64,000 nucleotides of DNA. Origin: Planctomycetota bacterium (GTDB lineage Bacteria; Planctomycetota; UBA1135; UBA2386). Every line of letters starts with the position of its first letter. Position 1 is the stretch's first letter. A model generated the notes under the pieces. The model was not told where the DNA came from, did not search any database, and saw only the letters and a list, made by a program, of their open reading frames with translations. The position numbers were made by a program, and so were the translations under genes. Location: NCBI GenBank assembly GCA_046290465.1, contig JBKAGP010000001.1:1792001-1856000 (forward strand), given 5' to 3'. Positions 26,316 through 36,387 of this stretch are shown here, one piece after another.

Positions 26316-27473
26316 ATGCCCTCGCTCCCGGTCCGCTCCACGAGCCTCGCGCTGCTGCTGACGACGTGCTGCGTCGCGGAGGTGGCTGCGCAGACGACGT
26401 GGATCGTCGACCAGGCCGGCGGCCCCGGCTCGCAGTTCACCAACCTGACGCCCGCGATCGCGGCGGCGTCCGACGGCGACCTGATCCTGATCCGGCCCGG
26501 CAACTACGCCGAGGGCCAGCTCGACGTCGACAAGGGCCTGACGATCCTCGGCGAGACCGGCGTCGTCGTGACCATGAACGTGTTCGGCACCGCCGGCATG
26601 ACGATCCACGACGTGCCGGCGACGTCGGCGTTCGCGATGCGCGACCTGCGCATCGGCGGCCAGCTCGCCGGCCCCCCGGTCGCGATCGTCGACTGCGCCG
26701 GCCTGGTGCTGCTCGACAAGCTCGAAGGACCGATCGGTGGGCTCGGGCTGCCCGAGAACTTCGGCGTGCACGTCGAGAGCTGCCAGCAGGTCCACCTGCA
26801 CGGCCTGCTGGTCCGCGGCGGGCAGTCGGTGCGCTTCGAGAACAGCGTCGGCACGGTGACCCGCTGCACGCTCGAGGGCGGCATCGCCGGCGTCGCGCAG
26901 CTCGTCGACTCGGACGTCACGTTCGATCGCTCGGTCGTCAACATCGAACCGACCGTCAGCTTCGCGCCGCCGATGCAGGTCGACGGTGGCCGCGTGACGC
27001 TGTCGCGCTCGTCGGTCGAGGCGCCGATCTCGCCGCAGACCCCGCACCCGGCGATCGTCACCCAGGGCAGCGCCGAACTGCGCGTCGACCCGACCGCGTC
27101 GCTGGTGCCGACCGCCGGCCAACCGGCGATCAGCGGGCCGGCGATCGTCAGCAACGGCGAGGTCGACACACTGTCGCGCGACGGCACCGGCGTGATCACG
27201 TTCGACCTGCACGGCCGCGCCGGCTCGATCTACGGCAGCTACGCGACGCTGCCGGCAGCGACGACCGCGCTGCCGTTCGGCGTGCTGTGGCTCGACCTCA
27301 ACCCGGCCGTGCAACTGCCGATCACGGCGGGTGTCGTCACCACGCGCCAGCAGTCGTTCACGCTGGACACTACGCCGCTGCCGCTCGGCCTGCGGTTCGT
27401 CGTGCAGGCCGGCGTGCTCGACCCGTCGCTGACGCTCGCGCTCAGCAACGGCGTCGGCGCGCTCGCCAACTGA
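26316..27473 (+). CDS. Secreted protein, probable right-handed beta-helix with C-terminal beta domain
   Basis: Signal peptide; WIVDQAGGPG..F..L..AIAAASDGDLILIRPGNY..KGLTILG opening typical of beta-helix proteins. Confidence 0.65.
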   Translation: MPSLPVRSTSLALLLTTCCVAEVAAQTTWIVDQAGGPGSQFTNLTPAIAAASDGDLILIRPGNYAEGQLDVDKGLTILGETGVVVTMNVFGTAGMTIHDVPATSAFAMRDLRIGGQLAGPPVAIVDCAGLVLLDKLEGPIGGLGLPENFGVHVESCQQVHLHGLLVRGGQSVRFENSVGTVTRCTLEGGIAGVAQLVDSDVTFDRSVVNIEPTVSFAPPMQVDGGRVTLSRSSVEAPISPQTPHPAIVTQGSAELRVDPTASLVPTAGQPAISGPAIVSNGEVDTLSRDGTGVITFDLHGRAGSIYGSYATLPAATTALPFGVLWLDLNPAVQLPITAGVVTTRQQSFTLDTTPLPLGLRFVVQAGVLDPSLTLALSNGVGALAN

Positions 27474-27479
27474 GCCGGC

Positions 27480-30400
27480 TCACGCCCACAGCACCAGCCC
27501 GCGCACCTTGGCGTCGTGGCGGCCATGTGCCGGCACGCGCACGCGCAGGCCGTGCTGGTAGTGGCCCGCCAGCTCGACGCGGTAGCCGCCGTGGAACGAC
27601 TGCGCTCCGGCGTCGGTCTCGCCGACGTGCTCCAGCGGCACGACGATCGTCTCCTCGTCCCCCTCGCCGCGGGTCACCACCAGCTCGACGACGACGTCGT
27701 CGGGGCGCAGCGGGCCGAGCGCGACGTCGAGGTGCACGTCGAGGTGCTGGCCGACCTTGAAGTCCGCCATCTCGACCGTCGAGGCGCCGGTGATGCGCAC
27801 CTTGTCGAAGCCCTGACGAACGCGCTGGAACTCGCGCGCGCGGGCCCGCGCCGGCGCCTTCTTCTCGGCCTGCTGGGCGAAGTAGCTGGCGGCCAGCGGG
27901 CGGTAGGCGTCGTCGAGGTAGTCCGACACCATGCGATCGGTACTGAACACCGCCGGTAGGGTCGCAAGGCAGCGGTTCATGCGCGCGACCCAGCTGGTCG
28001 GCACGCCGTCGTCGCAACCGAAGTAGCTCGGCACCAGCTCCTCCTCGAGCAGCCGGTAGAGGGCGGTCGCATCCGACTCGTTCTGCAGTTCGTGGCTGCC
28101 GTAGACCTGCGAGCCGCCGATCGTCCAGCCGTTGTGGCCGTCGGCGCCCTCCGGCCACCAGCCGTCGGCGATCGACAGGTTGAGCACGCCGTTGGCCGCC
28201 GCCTTCATGCCGGACGTGCCGCTGGCCTCCTCCATCCGGGTCGGCGTGTTGACCCACACGTCGACGCCCTGGACCAGCGCGCGCGCCACCGCCATGTCGT
28301 AGTCCTCGACGAAGAACACCTTGCCGACGAACTCGGGCGACCGCGCCAGCTGCACGATCGACTTGAGGATGTCCTGGCCGCGCTGGTCGCGCGGGTGCGC
28401 CTTGCCCGACACGACGATGCGCACCGGCCGGTCGGCGTCGTCGAGGATGCGCCGCAGCCGCTCCGGATCGCTGAACAGCAGGTGCGCGCGCTTGTACGGA
28501 GCGAACCGGCGCGCGAACCCGAGGTAGAGCGCGCGCTCGTCGAGGCCCTCGAGCATCGTGCTCAGCACCGTCGGGCTGTCGCCACGGGCGTGGAAGCCGC
28601 GGGTCAGCACCTTCTGCACCTTGTCGATCATGCGGCGCTTGTTGTCGCAGTGCGCCGCCCACAGCTGTTCGGGCGCGACCTCGCCGGCGGCCGCGAACTC
28701 CGCCGGACGCACGCCGGCATCGCCCGTGCGCAGCAGCGCCGCGACGTTCTCGCTGGTCCAGGTCGCCAGGTGCACGCCGTTGGTCACCGACGTGATCGGC
28801 ACCTCCCCCTCCAGCAGGCCCGGCCAGAACGCATGCAGCAGCTTCTGCGAGGCGCGGCCGTGCATCTTGCTGACGCCGTTGACATAGCCGGCGAAGTTCA
28901 TCGCCAGGTAGGTCATGTTGAACACGCTGCCGCCATCGTCGGTCTGCTGGCGACCGAGCGCGAAGAAGCCGTCCCACGGCAGCCCGACCCACTCCTCGGC
29001 GTCGCCGAAGTAGGTGCGCACCAGGTCCTCGCCGAAGCGATCGTGGCCGGCCGGCACCGGCGTGTGGGTCGTGAACAGCGTGGTCTCGGCGATGTACTCG
29101 CGCGCCGCCTCGAACGGCAGGCCCTCGCCCTTGACCAGGCGCGAAGTGCGCTCGAGGGTCAGGAACGCGGCGTGGCCCTCGTTCATGTGGTAGACGGCCG
29201 GCCGCAGCTGCATCGCGCGCAGCAGCCGCACGCCGCCGCGGCCGAGCACGATCTCCTGCCGGATCCGCATCTCGTTGTCGCCGCCGTAGAGGTTGCGGGT
29301 GATGTCGCGATCCTCGTCGCGGTTCTGCGGCACGTTGGCGTCGAGCAGGAACAGCGGCACGCGGCCGACGCTCGCCTGCCACGCGCGCAGCACCACCTCG
29401 CGGCCCGGCATCGGCACGCTGATCTCGAGCGCGCTGCCGTCCGGCTTGCGCACCAGCTCGAGCGCCAGCTTCGGCGGCCGGTTCTCGCGGTCGGCCGCGA
29501 TCTGCTGGCCGTCGCTCGACAGCTGCTGCTGCATGTAGCCGAACCGGTAGAACAGGCCGACGCCGACCAGCGGCACGTTGAGGTCGCTGGCCGACTTCAG
29601 GTGGTCACCGGCGAGGATGCCGAGGCCGCCCGAGTAGACCGGCAGCGAGTGGTGCACGCCGAACTCGGCCGAGAAGTAGGCGACCGGGTGCTCGCGGCTC
29701 AACTGCGGCGCGTCGGTTCCGTCCCGCACCGGCATCGGCTGCTGCGCGGTCGCCATGTAGGCGTCGAACCGTTCGCAGACCTCGGCCAGCCGCGCCAGGT
29801 ACGACGCGTCGCTGGCCTTCTGCTCGAGCGCCTCGAGCCCGACGCCCTGCAGGAACGCGACCGGGTTCTCGCCGCAGTCGTCGAACCCGGGCGCCAGCTC
29901 CTCGAACAGTTCGCGCACGCCCGGCGTCCACACCCACCAGAAGTTGCGGGCCAGCCGCTCAAGGCCGCGCAGGCTCTGCGGCAGCGTCGCCGACGCCTCG
30001 AAGCCCGACAGCCGTGGCCTGGTGCCGCCGCCCGGCGTCGGCAGCGCGCGCTTGGGCAGCCGGAACTGCACCACGCCCGACTTGCTGCGCCGCTGCACGG
30101 CGCCGATCGCGGCGTCGTAGGCCTTCAGGTAGTTCGCGTAGAGGTCCTTCCACGCGGTCCGCCCGGCCGCTTCGCGGCAGCGCGCGCGCAGCGCGTCGTC
30201 ATTGGCCGGCCGGTCCAGGAACGCCTCGATCGCTTCGGCGGTCGACGCGACCACTTCCGCATACGGCACGCGCTCGCGGGCGAGCACCGTGATGCCGTCC
30301 TGCGGACCGAGGCCCGCCGACGCCGCCCAGCGACCGAAGCCGGCCAGGTCGGTCGTGATCGTCGGCACCCCGACCGCCAGCGCCTCCTGCGGCGTGTAGC

Positions 30401-31709
30401 CCCACGGCTCGTAGTAGGACGGGTAGACCCCGAGGTCCATCGCCGCGAGCACCGCCTCGTACTCGCGGTGCAGGAAGCCGTCGTCGGGTCGCAGGTAGAT
30501 CGGCACCTGCACGACCTTGATGCGGCTGCCGGGCTCGTTGTCGAGGCCGACGCGCGCAGCGTGCTGGTGCAGCGGGTCTCGGTCCTCGTCGAACAGGTTG
30601 TGCGTGCACAGCCCGAGCGGGCCGTCGATCGGCGCGGTGCCGTCGAGGCGGTCCATCAGTTCGCCGCGCACGCCCGAGTTGCCGGCCGGCACCAGCACGA
30701 ACGCGACCACCCTGCGACCCTTGCGTTCGCGAATCTCGGCGAGCGCGTCGAGCATCAGCTCGATGCCCTTGTTGTGGAACTCGTAGCGGCCGGCGAGCGC
30801 GAAGAACGACGCGTCGTCGACGTCCTCGCCGAGCAGCGCGCCGGCGATCCGGCTCAGCTCGCGCCGGGTCTCGTCGCGGTCGCCCCTGGCCAGCTCGTCG
30901 ACGACCGACATGTCGATGCCGTTGGGCAACAGCGGCGCGACCTCGCGGTCGTGCAGCAGTTCGGCCTCGGCTGCGGTGATCGCACTGACCGTCGTGAACA
31001 CGTCGGCCTTGCGCGCGCAGACGCCCTCGATCGAGTGCTTGGCCTGCACGTGGTGGTCCTCGGCCAGCTCGTCCGGCGTCTTGCCACCGAGCCCCTTGTC
31101 GCGCGCCTTCGGGTCCGGCGTGATGCCGAGCGACGCCAGCGCGCGGCCGAGCATGGTCGCGTGGGTCGTGAACACCGTGCCGATGCTCGGGATGCGCTCC
31201 TGCAGGTAGAGCAGCGCCGCGCCGGTCATCCACTCGTGGGCCTGCACGACCGCCCGGCGATGGAACGGCGCCAGGTACTCCTCCCACCAGCGCTCGATCA
31301 CCTTGGCGGCGGCGGTCGAGAACAGCACCGGTTCGATGTAGTCCCAGTCGCCGGCGATCGAGTCGACCTGATGGCGTTCCCAGAGGCCGGCGAGGATGCC
31401 GTCCTTCTGCTCGTAGAGCCCGGAGAACCCGACCAGGATGCAGCGCGGCCGACCCGGGATGCGCCAGCGACCGACGCGCACCGGCACGCCCATGTCCCGG
31501 CACGAACGGATGAACTCGTCGTGCCCCGGCTCGTCGTCGAACGGCGGCTGCACGCCGGTGCCGCCGTGCAGCTGCGGCCCGATGGTGATGTAGTCGTCGC
31601 CGAATCGTTCGACGGCGGTCACGGCCTTCGACGACAGCACCGTGTGGATGCCGCCGACCTTGTTGCACACTTCCCAGCTGATCTCGAACAGTTGGTAGGA
31701 GTCGGTCAT
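27480..31709 (-). CDS. glgP: Fused GT3 glycogen synthase and alpha-glucan phosphorylase
   Basis: N-half: FEISWEVCNKVGGIHTV, GRYEFHNKG, PSYYEPWGYTPQE. C-half: AYFSAEFG..YSGGLGILAGD, HMNEGH, FARRFAPYKR, EASGTSGMKAAANG. Confidence 0.92.
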   Translation of the reverse strand: MTDSYQLFEISWEVCNKVGGIHTVLSSKAVTAVERFGDDYITIGPQLHGGTGVQPPFDDEPGHDEFIRSCRDMGVPVRVGRWRIPGRPRCILVGFSGLYEQKDGILAGLWERHQVDSIAGDWDYIEPVLFSTAAAKVIERWWEEYLAPFHRRAVVQAHEWMTGAALLYLQERIPSIGTVFTTHATMLGRALASLGITPDPKARDKGLGGKTPDELAEDHHVQAKHSIEGVCARKADVFTTVSAITAAEAELLHDREVAPLLPNGIDMSVVDELARGDRDETRRELSRIAGALLGEDVDDASFFALAGRYEFHNKGIELMLDALAEIRERKGRRVVAFVLVPAGNSGVRGELMDRLDGTAPIDGPLGLCTHNLFDEDRDPLHQHAARVGLDNEPGSRIKVVQVPIYLRPDDGFLHREYEAVLAAMDLGVYPSYYEPWGYTPQEALAVGVPTITTDLAGFGRWAASAGLGPQDGITVLARERVPYAEVVASTAEAIEAFLDRPANDDALRARCREAAGRTAWKDLYANYLKAYDAAIGAVQRRSKSGVVQFRLPKRALPTPGGGTRPRLSGFEASATLPQSLRGLERLARNFWWVWTPGVRELFEELAPGFDDCGENPVAFLQGVGLEALEQKASDASYLARLAEVCERFDAYMATAQQPMPVRDGTDAPQLSREHPVAYFSAEFGVHHSLPVYSGGLGILAGDHLKSASDLNVPLVGVGLFYRFGYMQQQLSSDGQQIAADRENRPPKLALELVRKPDGSALEISVPMPGREVVLRAWQASVGRVPLFLLDANVPQNRDEDRDITRNLYGGDNEMRIRQEIVLGRGGVRLLRAMQLRPAVYHMNEGHAAFLTLERTSRLVKGEGLPFEAAREYIAETTLFTTHTPVPAGHDRFGEDLVRTYFGDAEEWVGLPWDGFFALGRQQTDDGGSVFNMTYLAMNFAGYVNGVSKMHGRASQKLLHAFWPGLLEGEVPITSVTNGVHLATWTSENVAALLRTGDAGVRPAEFAAAGEVAPEQLWAAHCDNKRRMIDKVQKVLTRGFHARGDSPTVLSTMLEGLDERALYLGFARRFAPYKRAHLLFSDPERLRRILDDADRPVRIVVSGKAHPRDQRGQDILKSIVQLARSPEFVGKVFFVEDYDMAVARALVQGVDVWVNTPTRMEEASGTSGMKAAANGVLNLSIADGWWPEGADGHNGWTIGGSQVYGSHELQNESDATALYRLLEEELVPSYFGCDDGVPTSWVARMNRCLATLPAVFSTDRMVSDYLDDAYRPLAASYFAQQAEKKAPARARAREFQRVRQGFDKVRITGASTVEMADFKVGQHLDVHLDVALGPLRPDDVVVELVVTRGEGDEETIVVPLEHVGETDAGAQSFHGGYRVELAGHYQHGLRVRVPAHGRHDAKVRGLVLWA

Positions 31710-31711
31710 GT

Positions 31712-32938
31712 TCAGGTCTTGCGTTTGGCGGCGCGGCTCCGGCGCGGCGAGAGCGCCTTCTTGACGTGTGCCTGCAGGTCGTCCAGCGCCGTCATCGTGG
31801 TGACGAACGCGGCGTGCGGCGAGTCGTAGGGGCTGAAGTAGTCGTGCACCTCGGCGTCGCTGTGGTGCTTGGTCGCGATGTAGTAGACGTGGTCGGACGT
31901 GGTCAGCTCGCGCCAGTGGTCGAGCAGCTCGGGCTTCTTCTCGGCCGCGCGCAGCACGTCGGCGCGCATCGCGTAGAGCCGGTCGTGCACCGCCTGCTGC
32001 ATCGGGTTGCCGAGCCAGGCCGACAGGTTGCGTTCTTCGTCGGCCCACGACACCGGCGTGTGGATGTCGAGTTCCTGCACGGCTTCGCGCTCCGAGCAGA
32101 CCTGCGCCGGCGTGCGGAACCGGAAGCTCTTGTCCTCGAGGACCAGCTCGGGCAGGTGACGCATGAACTCCAGGATCCCGGTCTGTTCGCTCTGGTGTTC
32201 GCCGAAGGTCTCGTAGTCCATGAACAGCCCGACGAACTGCGCCGGCGGCGGCACGTCGTGGAGCCATTCGGCGTAGGTATCGGCAAACAGCGGGTAGGAG
32301 GGCCACTTCCGATTCGAGAATCGGAACGCGATGTCGTCGGACAGCGAGTAGCTGCGCAGCAGCAGCTTCAGCCGTTCGCAGCCGCGCGGCCGGTACGGCA
32401 CCTGCGGGCTGCGCCACTCGAGCAGGCGGTCGGCCCCCTCGCCGAGCATGCAGTCGAAGCCGAGGTCCTCGACCTGCTTGCAGATCGTGTTGTCCATGAT
32501 CAGCTCGGTGTTGCGGAACGTCGTCGGCTTGCCGAACAGCTCCGTCACCGTCGCACGCTGGATCGCGACCTGCGCCGCGAACTCCTCAAGATCCCCGACC
32601 GACGCCAGGCCGTGCTGGCTGGTCTCGCACAGGAACTCGACGCTGCCGGTCTCGGCCAGCGCGACGAACGAGTCGAGCGCCTCGGGCACCCAGTCCCGCA
32701 GCTGGCGGATGACCGTGCCCGACAGCGAGAACGCGCAGCGGAACTGGCCGTCGGTGCGTTCGATCGCGTCGAGCAGCACCCGGTTCATCGGCAGGTAGCA
32801 GCGCTCGGCGACGCGCTCGGCGACCAGCTTGTTGAGCGGGGTGTCCCAGTAGTCGAGCCGCCGGATCTTGTCCTGCGGCCGCAGCTTGTTCAGCCGGTAG
32901 GGCTGGTGGACCTGGAAGTAGAAGACGATGTCGATCAC
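31712..32938 (-). CDS. GH57 glycoside hydrolase (alpha-amylase-like)
   Basis: YFQVHQPYRL, FRNTEL, LSDDIAFRFS, MDYETFGEH and SWADEER motifs. Confidence 0.92.
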   Translation of the reverse strand: MIDIVFYFQVHQPYRLNKLRPQDKIRRLDYWDTPLNKLVAERVAERCYLPMNRVLLDAIERTDGQFRCAFSLSGTVIRQLRDWVPEALDSFVALAETGSVEFLCETSQHGLASVGDLEEFAAQVAIQRATVTELFGKPTTFRNTELIMDNTICKQVEDLGFDCMLGEGADRLLEWRSPQVPYRPRGCERLKLLLRSYSLSDDIAFRFSNRKWPSYPLFADTYAEWLHDVPPPAQFVGLFMDYETFGEHQSEQTGILEFMRHLPELVLEDKSFRFRTPAQVCSEREAVQELDIHTPVSWADEERNLSAWLGNPMQQAVHDRLYAMRADVLRAAEKKPELLDHWRELTTSDHVYYIATKHHSDAEVHDYFSPYDSPHAAFVTTMTALDDLQAHVKKALSPRRSRAAKRKT

Positions 32939-34965
32939 GACAGCTCCGTCGATCGGCCGGCCAGCACCGCGCGGCACAGCTCGTGCGCGCGCAACAGCTC
33001 GCCGGTGTTCCAGGCCTGGGCGAACGTGCCGCCAGGCCGATGAGGTGGGTCGCCGTCGAAGACCTCGCTGACGTGGTCGATGCCGGCACGGTCGAGCTCG
33101 CGCGCGAGCAGCTGCTCGAGCCACTGCAGCAGCTCGGTCGCGACCTTCTTGCGGCTGCGCCTCGCCGCGCCGCGCAGGCACGCCTCGACGTAGAAGCCGG
33201 CCGGCCACGGCCAGACGGTGCCCTGGTGGTAGGCGCGGTCGCGCCCCTCGAGGCCGCCGCCGTAGACGCCGACGTAGCTCGGCTCGTCCGGCGCCAACGT
33301 GCGCAGGCCGCACGGCGTCAGCAGCAGCTCGTTGGCCTTGTCGACGACGCCCTGGCGCTGCACGTTGCGCAGCGGCGAGCGCGACAGCGCCGCGGCGACC
33401 AGCATGTTGGGCCGCACGGCGCGGTCCGGCACGCCGTCGTGCACGCGATCGGCGAGGTAGCGGCCGTCCTTCAGCCAGAACGCCGCCACGAACGCCTTGC
33501 CGCAGCGATCGCGCTGCGCCGCGAACGAACCGTCGGCGTCGTCGACCTCGGCCAGGAACGCGAGCAGCGCGTACCAGAGCGCCTGGATCTCGACCGGCAG
33601 CCCCTGCCGCGGGGTCACCGGCCCCTGCGAGGTCTGCGCGTCCATCCAGGTGGCGTTGAGGTGCTCGCCGCCGGCGCGCAGCAGGTCGTCGTCGCCGACG
33701 ACCAGGCCGAGGTGCGTGCCGCGCCGGTAGGCCTCGGCGATGCTGCGCAGCGCCGGCACCAGCCGTTGTTGCAGCAGCCGTTGGTCACCGCCCGCATCGC
33801 GGTAGCGCATCACCGCCAACGCGTACCAGAGCGCCGCGTCACAGCTGCCGTAGTCGCTGTCGGTGACGTCCTCGCCGTAGATGTTCGGCAGCAGTCCCTC
33901 GTGCAGGAACGGCAGACAGCCGGTCAGCACCTGCTCGCAGAGGTCGACGCGCCCGCGCGCCAGGGTCAGCCCCGGCAGCGCCAAGAACACGTCGCGCCCC
34001 CACTCGCCGAACCACGGAAAGCCGGCCAGCACGCCGAGACGGCCACCGACGCCGTGGTAGAGGAAGTCGTCGGCACCGAGCTCGAGCCGCGCCGCGAGCG
34101 GGTGCTCGTCCTCGGCGACCGTCTGCGCCATCGCCTCGGCGCGCTGCAGCTCGATCGCGAACGCGTCGCTGGCGGCGGCGCACGGCTCGCCGAGCGCGAA
34201 CGCCGCCACCGCCTCGCCACCCGCCGCCAGGTCGAGCTCGAGCACGCCCGGGTTCCAGCGGTCGCCGACGTGGTCGTAGCCGCGCAGGCCGTCCATCGCG
34301 TACAGGAAGCCACGGTACCAGTGCGGCTGTGCGCCAAAGCCGGCGACGCCGTCGACCGTCAGCCACAGGTGCGGCAGGGAGTCGTTCGGACGGAAGCCCC
34401 AGCTGGCCCCGCGCGCGTGCACGGTCGCGTCGAACGACTCGTCGATCGGCGGCAGGTGGTCGACGTCGCACCAGCCGAGCAGCGGCCGGACCTCGACGCG
34501 CACCGGCAGCTCCGACAGGTTGCGCCAGCGCACCAGCAGCAGCGGCGGCCGATCGCCGTCCTGGCGCCGCAGCGCGACCGAACGTTCGAACACCCCCAGC
34601 TCGGTGCGGAACGTCCACGTCGGCAGCGGCCACCGCGCGAACGTGACGTCGGCCTCGGGCGGCGTCGGCACCGGCTGGTCGCGCCAGTGCGCGTGCATCA
34701 CGTGCGCCATGCGCGGTGCGCCGTCGTCGCCGACGCGGCGCGGCGGCCCGATCCGTTCGTCCAGATCGGCGACCACCATGTGGCGGCGCGCCGAGCCCTC
34801 GGGACGCACCACCCACAGACCGTGGTAGCGCCGCGTCGCCAGCGCCGCCGCCGTGCCGCAGGCGTAGCCGCCGCGTCCATCGGTGAGCAGCCATTCGGCG
34901 TCGCCGGGCAGGCTGGTGGATCGGGGCGAGGACTCCGACGGCGCGGAGGGGCGGGCTGCTGGCAT
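32935..34965 (-). CDS. Amylo-alpha-1,6-glucosidase (glycogen debranching enzyme)
   Basis: EWLLTDGRGGYA, TRRYHGL, AGFPWFGEWGRD, TWMDA, AYHQGTVWPW and EVFDG..AQAW motifs. Confidence 0.92.
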   Translation of the reverse strand: MPAARPSAPSESSPRSTSLPGDAEWLLTDGRGGYACGTAAALATRRYHGLWVVRPEGSARRHMVVADLDERIGPPRRVGDDGAPRMAHVMHAHWRDQPVPTPPEADVTFARWPLPTWTFRTELGVFERSVALRRQDGDRPPLLLVRWRNLSELPVRVEVRPLLGWCDVDHLPPIDESFDATVHARGASWGFRPNDSLPHLWLTVDGVAGFGAQPHWYRGFLYAMDGLRGYDHVGDRWNPGVLELDLAAGGEAVAAFALGEPCAAASDAFAIELQRAEAMAQTVAEDEHPLAARLELGADDFLYHGVGGRLGVLAGFPWFGEWGRDVFLALPGLTLARGRVDLCEQVLTGCLPFLHEGLLPNIYGEDVTDSDYGSCDAALWYALAVMRYRDAGGDQRLLQQRLVPALRSIAEAYRRGTHLGLVVGDDDLLRAGGEHLNATWMDAQTSQGPVTPRQGLPVEIQALWYALLAFLAEVDDADGSFAAQRDRCGKAFVAAFWLKDGRYLADRVHDGVPDRAVRPNMLVAAALSRSPLRNVQRQGVVDKANELLLTPCGLRTLAPDEPSYVGVYGGGLEGRDRAYHQGTVWPWPAGFYVEACLRGAARRSRKKVATELLQWLEQLLARELDRAGIDHVSEVFDGDPPHRPGGTFAQAWNTGELLRAHELCRAVLAGRSTELS

Positions 34966-35117
34966 GGCTCGGGGGGCTGCGGGGGGTTCGAGCCTACGTC
35001 GCCAAGGTCCCGTATCAACGCATCATTCACGACAAGGAATCGCGATCGAGGCTGTCCATCCAACGCCCACGCATGCATTCTTTGGTCCGTCCGCTCGGCC
35101 GCACCCCGCGATCACGC

Positions 35118-36356
35118 ATGGTCCCGCTCGACCTCCGCAACACCCTCGTCTTCATCCTGGCGGGCGGCGCAGGCAGCCGCCTGATGCCGCTCACGACGCA
35201 CCGCGCGAAGCCGGCCGTGCCGTTCGGCGGCAGCTACCGGATCATCGACTTCACGCTCAGCAACTGCATCCACTCGGGCCTGCGCCGCATCCACCTGCTG
35301 ACGCAGTACCAGGCGCGCTCGCTCGAGGAGCACGTGCGCTTCGGCTGGAACTTCCTGCCGCGCCGCCTCGAGCAGTGGATCAGCTGCAGCCCACCGCACC
35401 ACGTCTCGGTCGGCAAGTGGTACCGCGGCACGTCGGACGCGATCTACCACAACCTCGACACGATCTACGACTGGAAGCCGACCAACGTGATCATCCTGTC
35501 GGGCGATCACATCTACCAGATGGATTACCGCGACATGCTCCGCGAACACGTCGAGCACGAAGCGGCGCTGACCATCGGCGCGGTCAAGATCCCGGTCGAG
35601 GAGGCCCCGAGCTTCGGCATCCTGCAGGTCGACGACGAGGGCCGCATCATCGGCTTCGTCGAGAAGCCGAAGGAGAACGCGCCGGAGATCCCTGGCGAGC
35701 CCGGCTACTGCCTCGCGTCGATGGGCATCTACGTGTTCGAGACCGAGGAGCTGGTCCGCCGGCTGCAGGAGGACGGCAAGATGCCGGAGGGCGAGGGCGG
35801 TGACTTCGGCCACCACGTGATCCCGCGCATGCTCGGCGAGGTCCCGATCTACGCGCACGCGTTCCAGGGCCTCGGCGGCGAGGATCCGCCCTACTGGCGC
35901 GACGTCGGCACGATCGAAGCCTACTTCGACGCGCACATGGACCTGATCAGCGTCAAGCCGCAGCTCAACCTCTACCGCAAGGACTGGCCGACCTACACGC
36001 TGTGGCACAACGACCCGCCGGCCAAGACCGTCTTCAACGAGGACGGCGACGGCCGCCGCGCGGAGGTCGCCGACTCGCTGCTGGCACCGGGCGTCGTGGT
36101 CAGCGGCGGCAAGGTGCGCCGTTCGATCCTCAGCAACCTCGTCTACGTCGACGAGCACAGCGAGCTCGACGAGTGCATCGTGATGCGCGGCGCCACCATC
36201 GGCCGCAACTGCAAGCTGCGCCGCTGCATCATCGACAAGTGGAACGAGCTGCCCGAGGGCACGGTGATCGGCTACGACCGCGAACAGGACGAGAAGCGGT
36301 TCACGGTGTCGCAGACCGGCATCGTGGTGGTCGCGCAGAACCACCGCTGGGACTAG
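35118..36356 (+). CDS. glgC: Glucose-1-phosphate adenylyltransferase
   Basis: LAGGAGSRL.PLT..RAKPAVPFGG.YRIIDF, WYRGT, LSGDHIY, FVEKP and YWRDVGT motifs. Confidence 0.96.
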   Translation: MVPLDLRNTLVFILAGGAGSRLMPLTTHRAKPAVPFGGSYRIIDFTLSNCIHSGLRRIHLLTQYQARSLEEHVRFGWNFLPRRLEQWISCSPPHHVSVGKWYRGTSDAIYHNLDTIYDWKPTNVIILSGDHIYQMDYRDMLREHVEHEAALTIGAVKIPVEEAPSFGILQVDDEGRIIGFVEKPKENAPEIPGEPGYCLASMGIYVFETEELVRRLQEDGKMPEGEGGDFGHHVIPRMLGEVPIYAHAFQGLGGEDPPYWRDVGTIEAYFDAHMDLISVKPQLNLYRKDWPTYTLWHNDPPAKTVFNEDGDGRRAEVADSLLAPGVVVSGGKVRRSILSNLVYVDEHSELDECIVMRGATIGRNCKLRRCIIDKWNELPEGTVIGYDREQDEKRFTVSQTGIVVVAQNHRWD

Positions 36357-36387
36357 GAGCGCGTCCATGTAATGGACGCGCTCCTGG
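36353..36387. repeat. Short palindromic version of the 87-bp element (hairpin only)
   Basis: CTAGGAGCGCGTCCAT-GTA-ATGGACGCGCTCCTGG. Confidence 0.88.

Noticed and set aside
31710..32417. N-terminal extension making the synthase-phosphorylase ORF 1645 aa
   Set aside because: The extension overlaps the GH57 gene in another frame; GT3 homology begins at the ATG at 31709.
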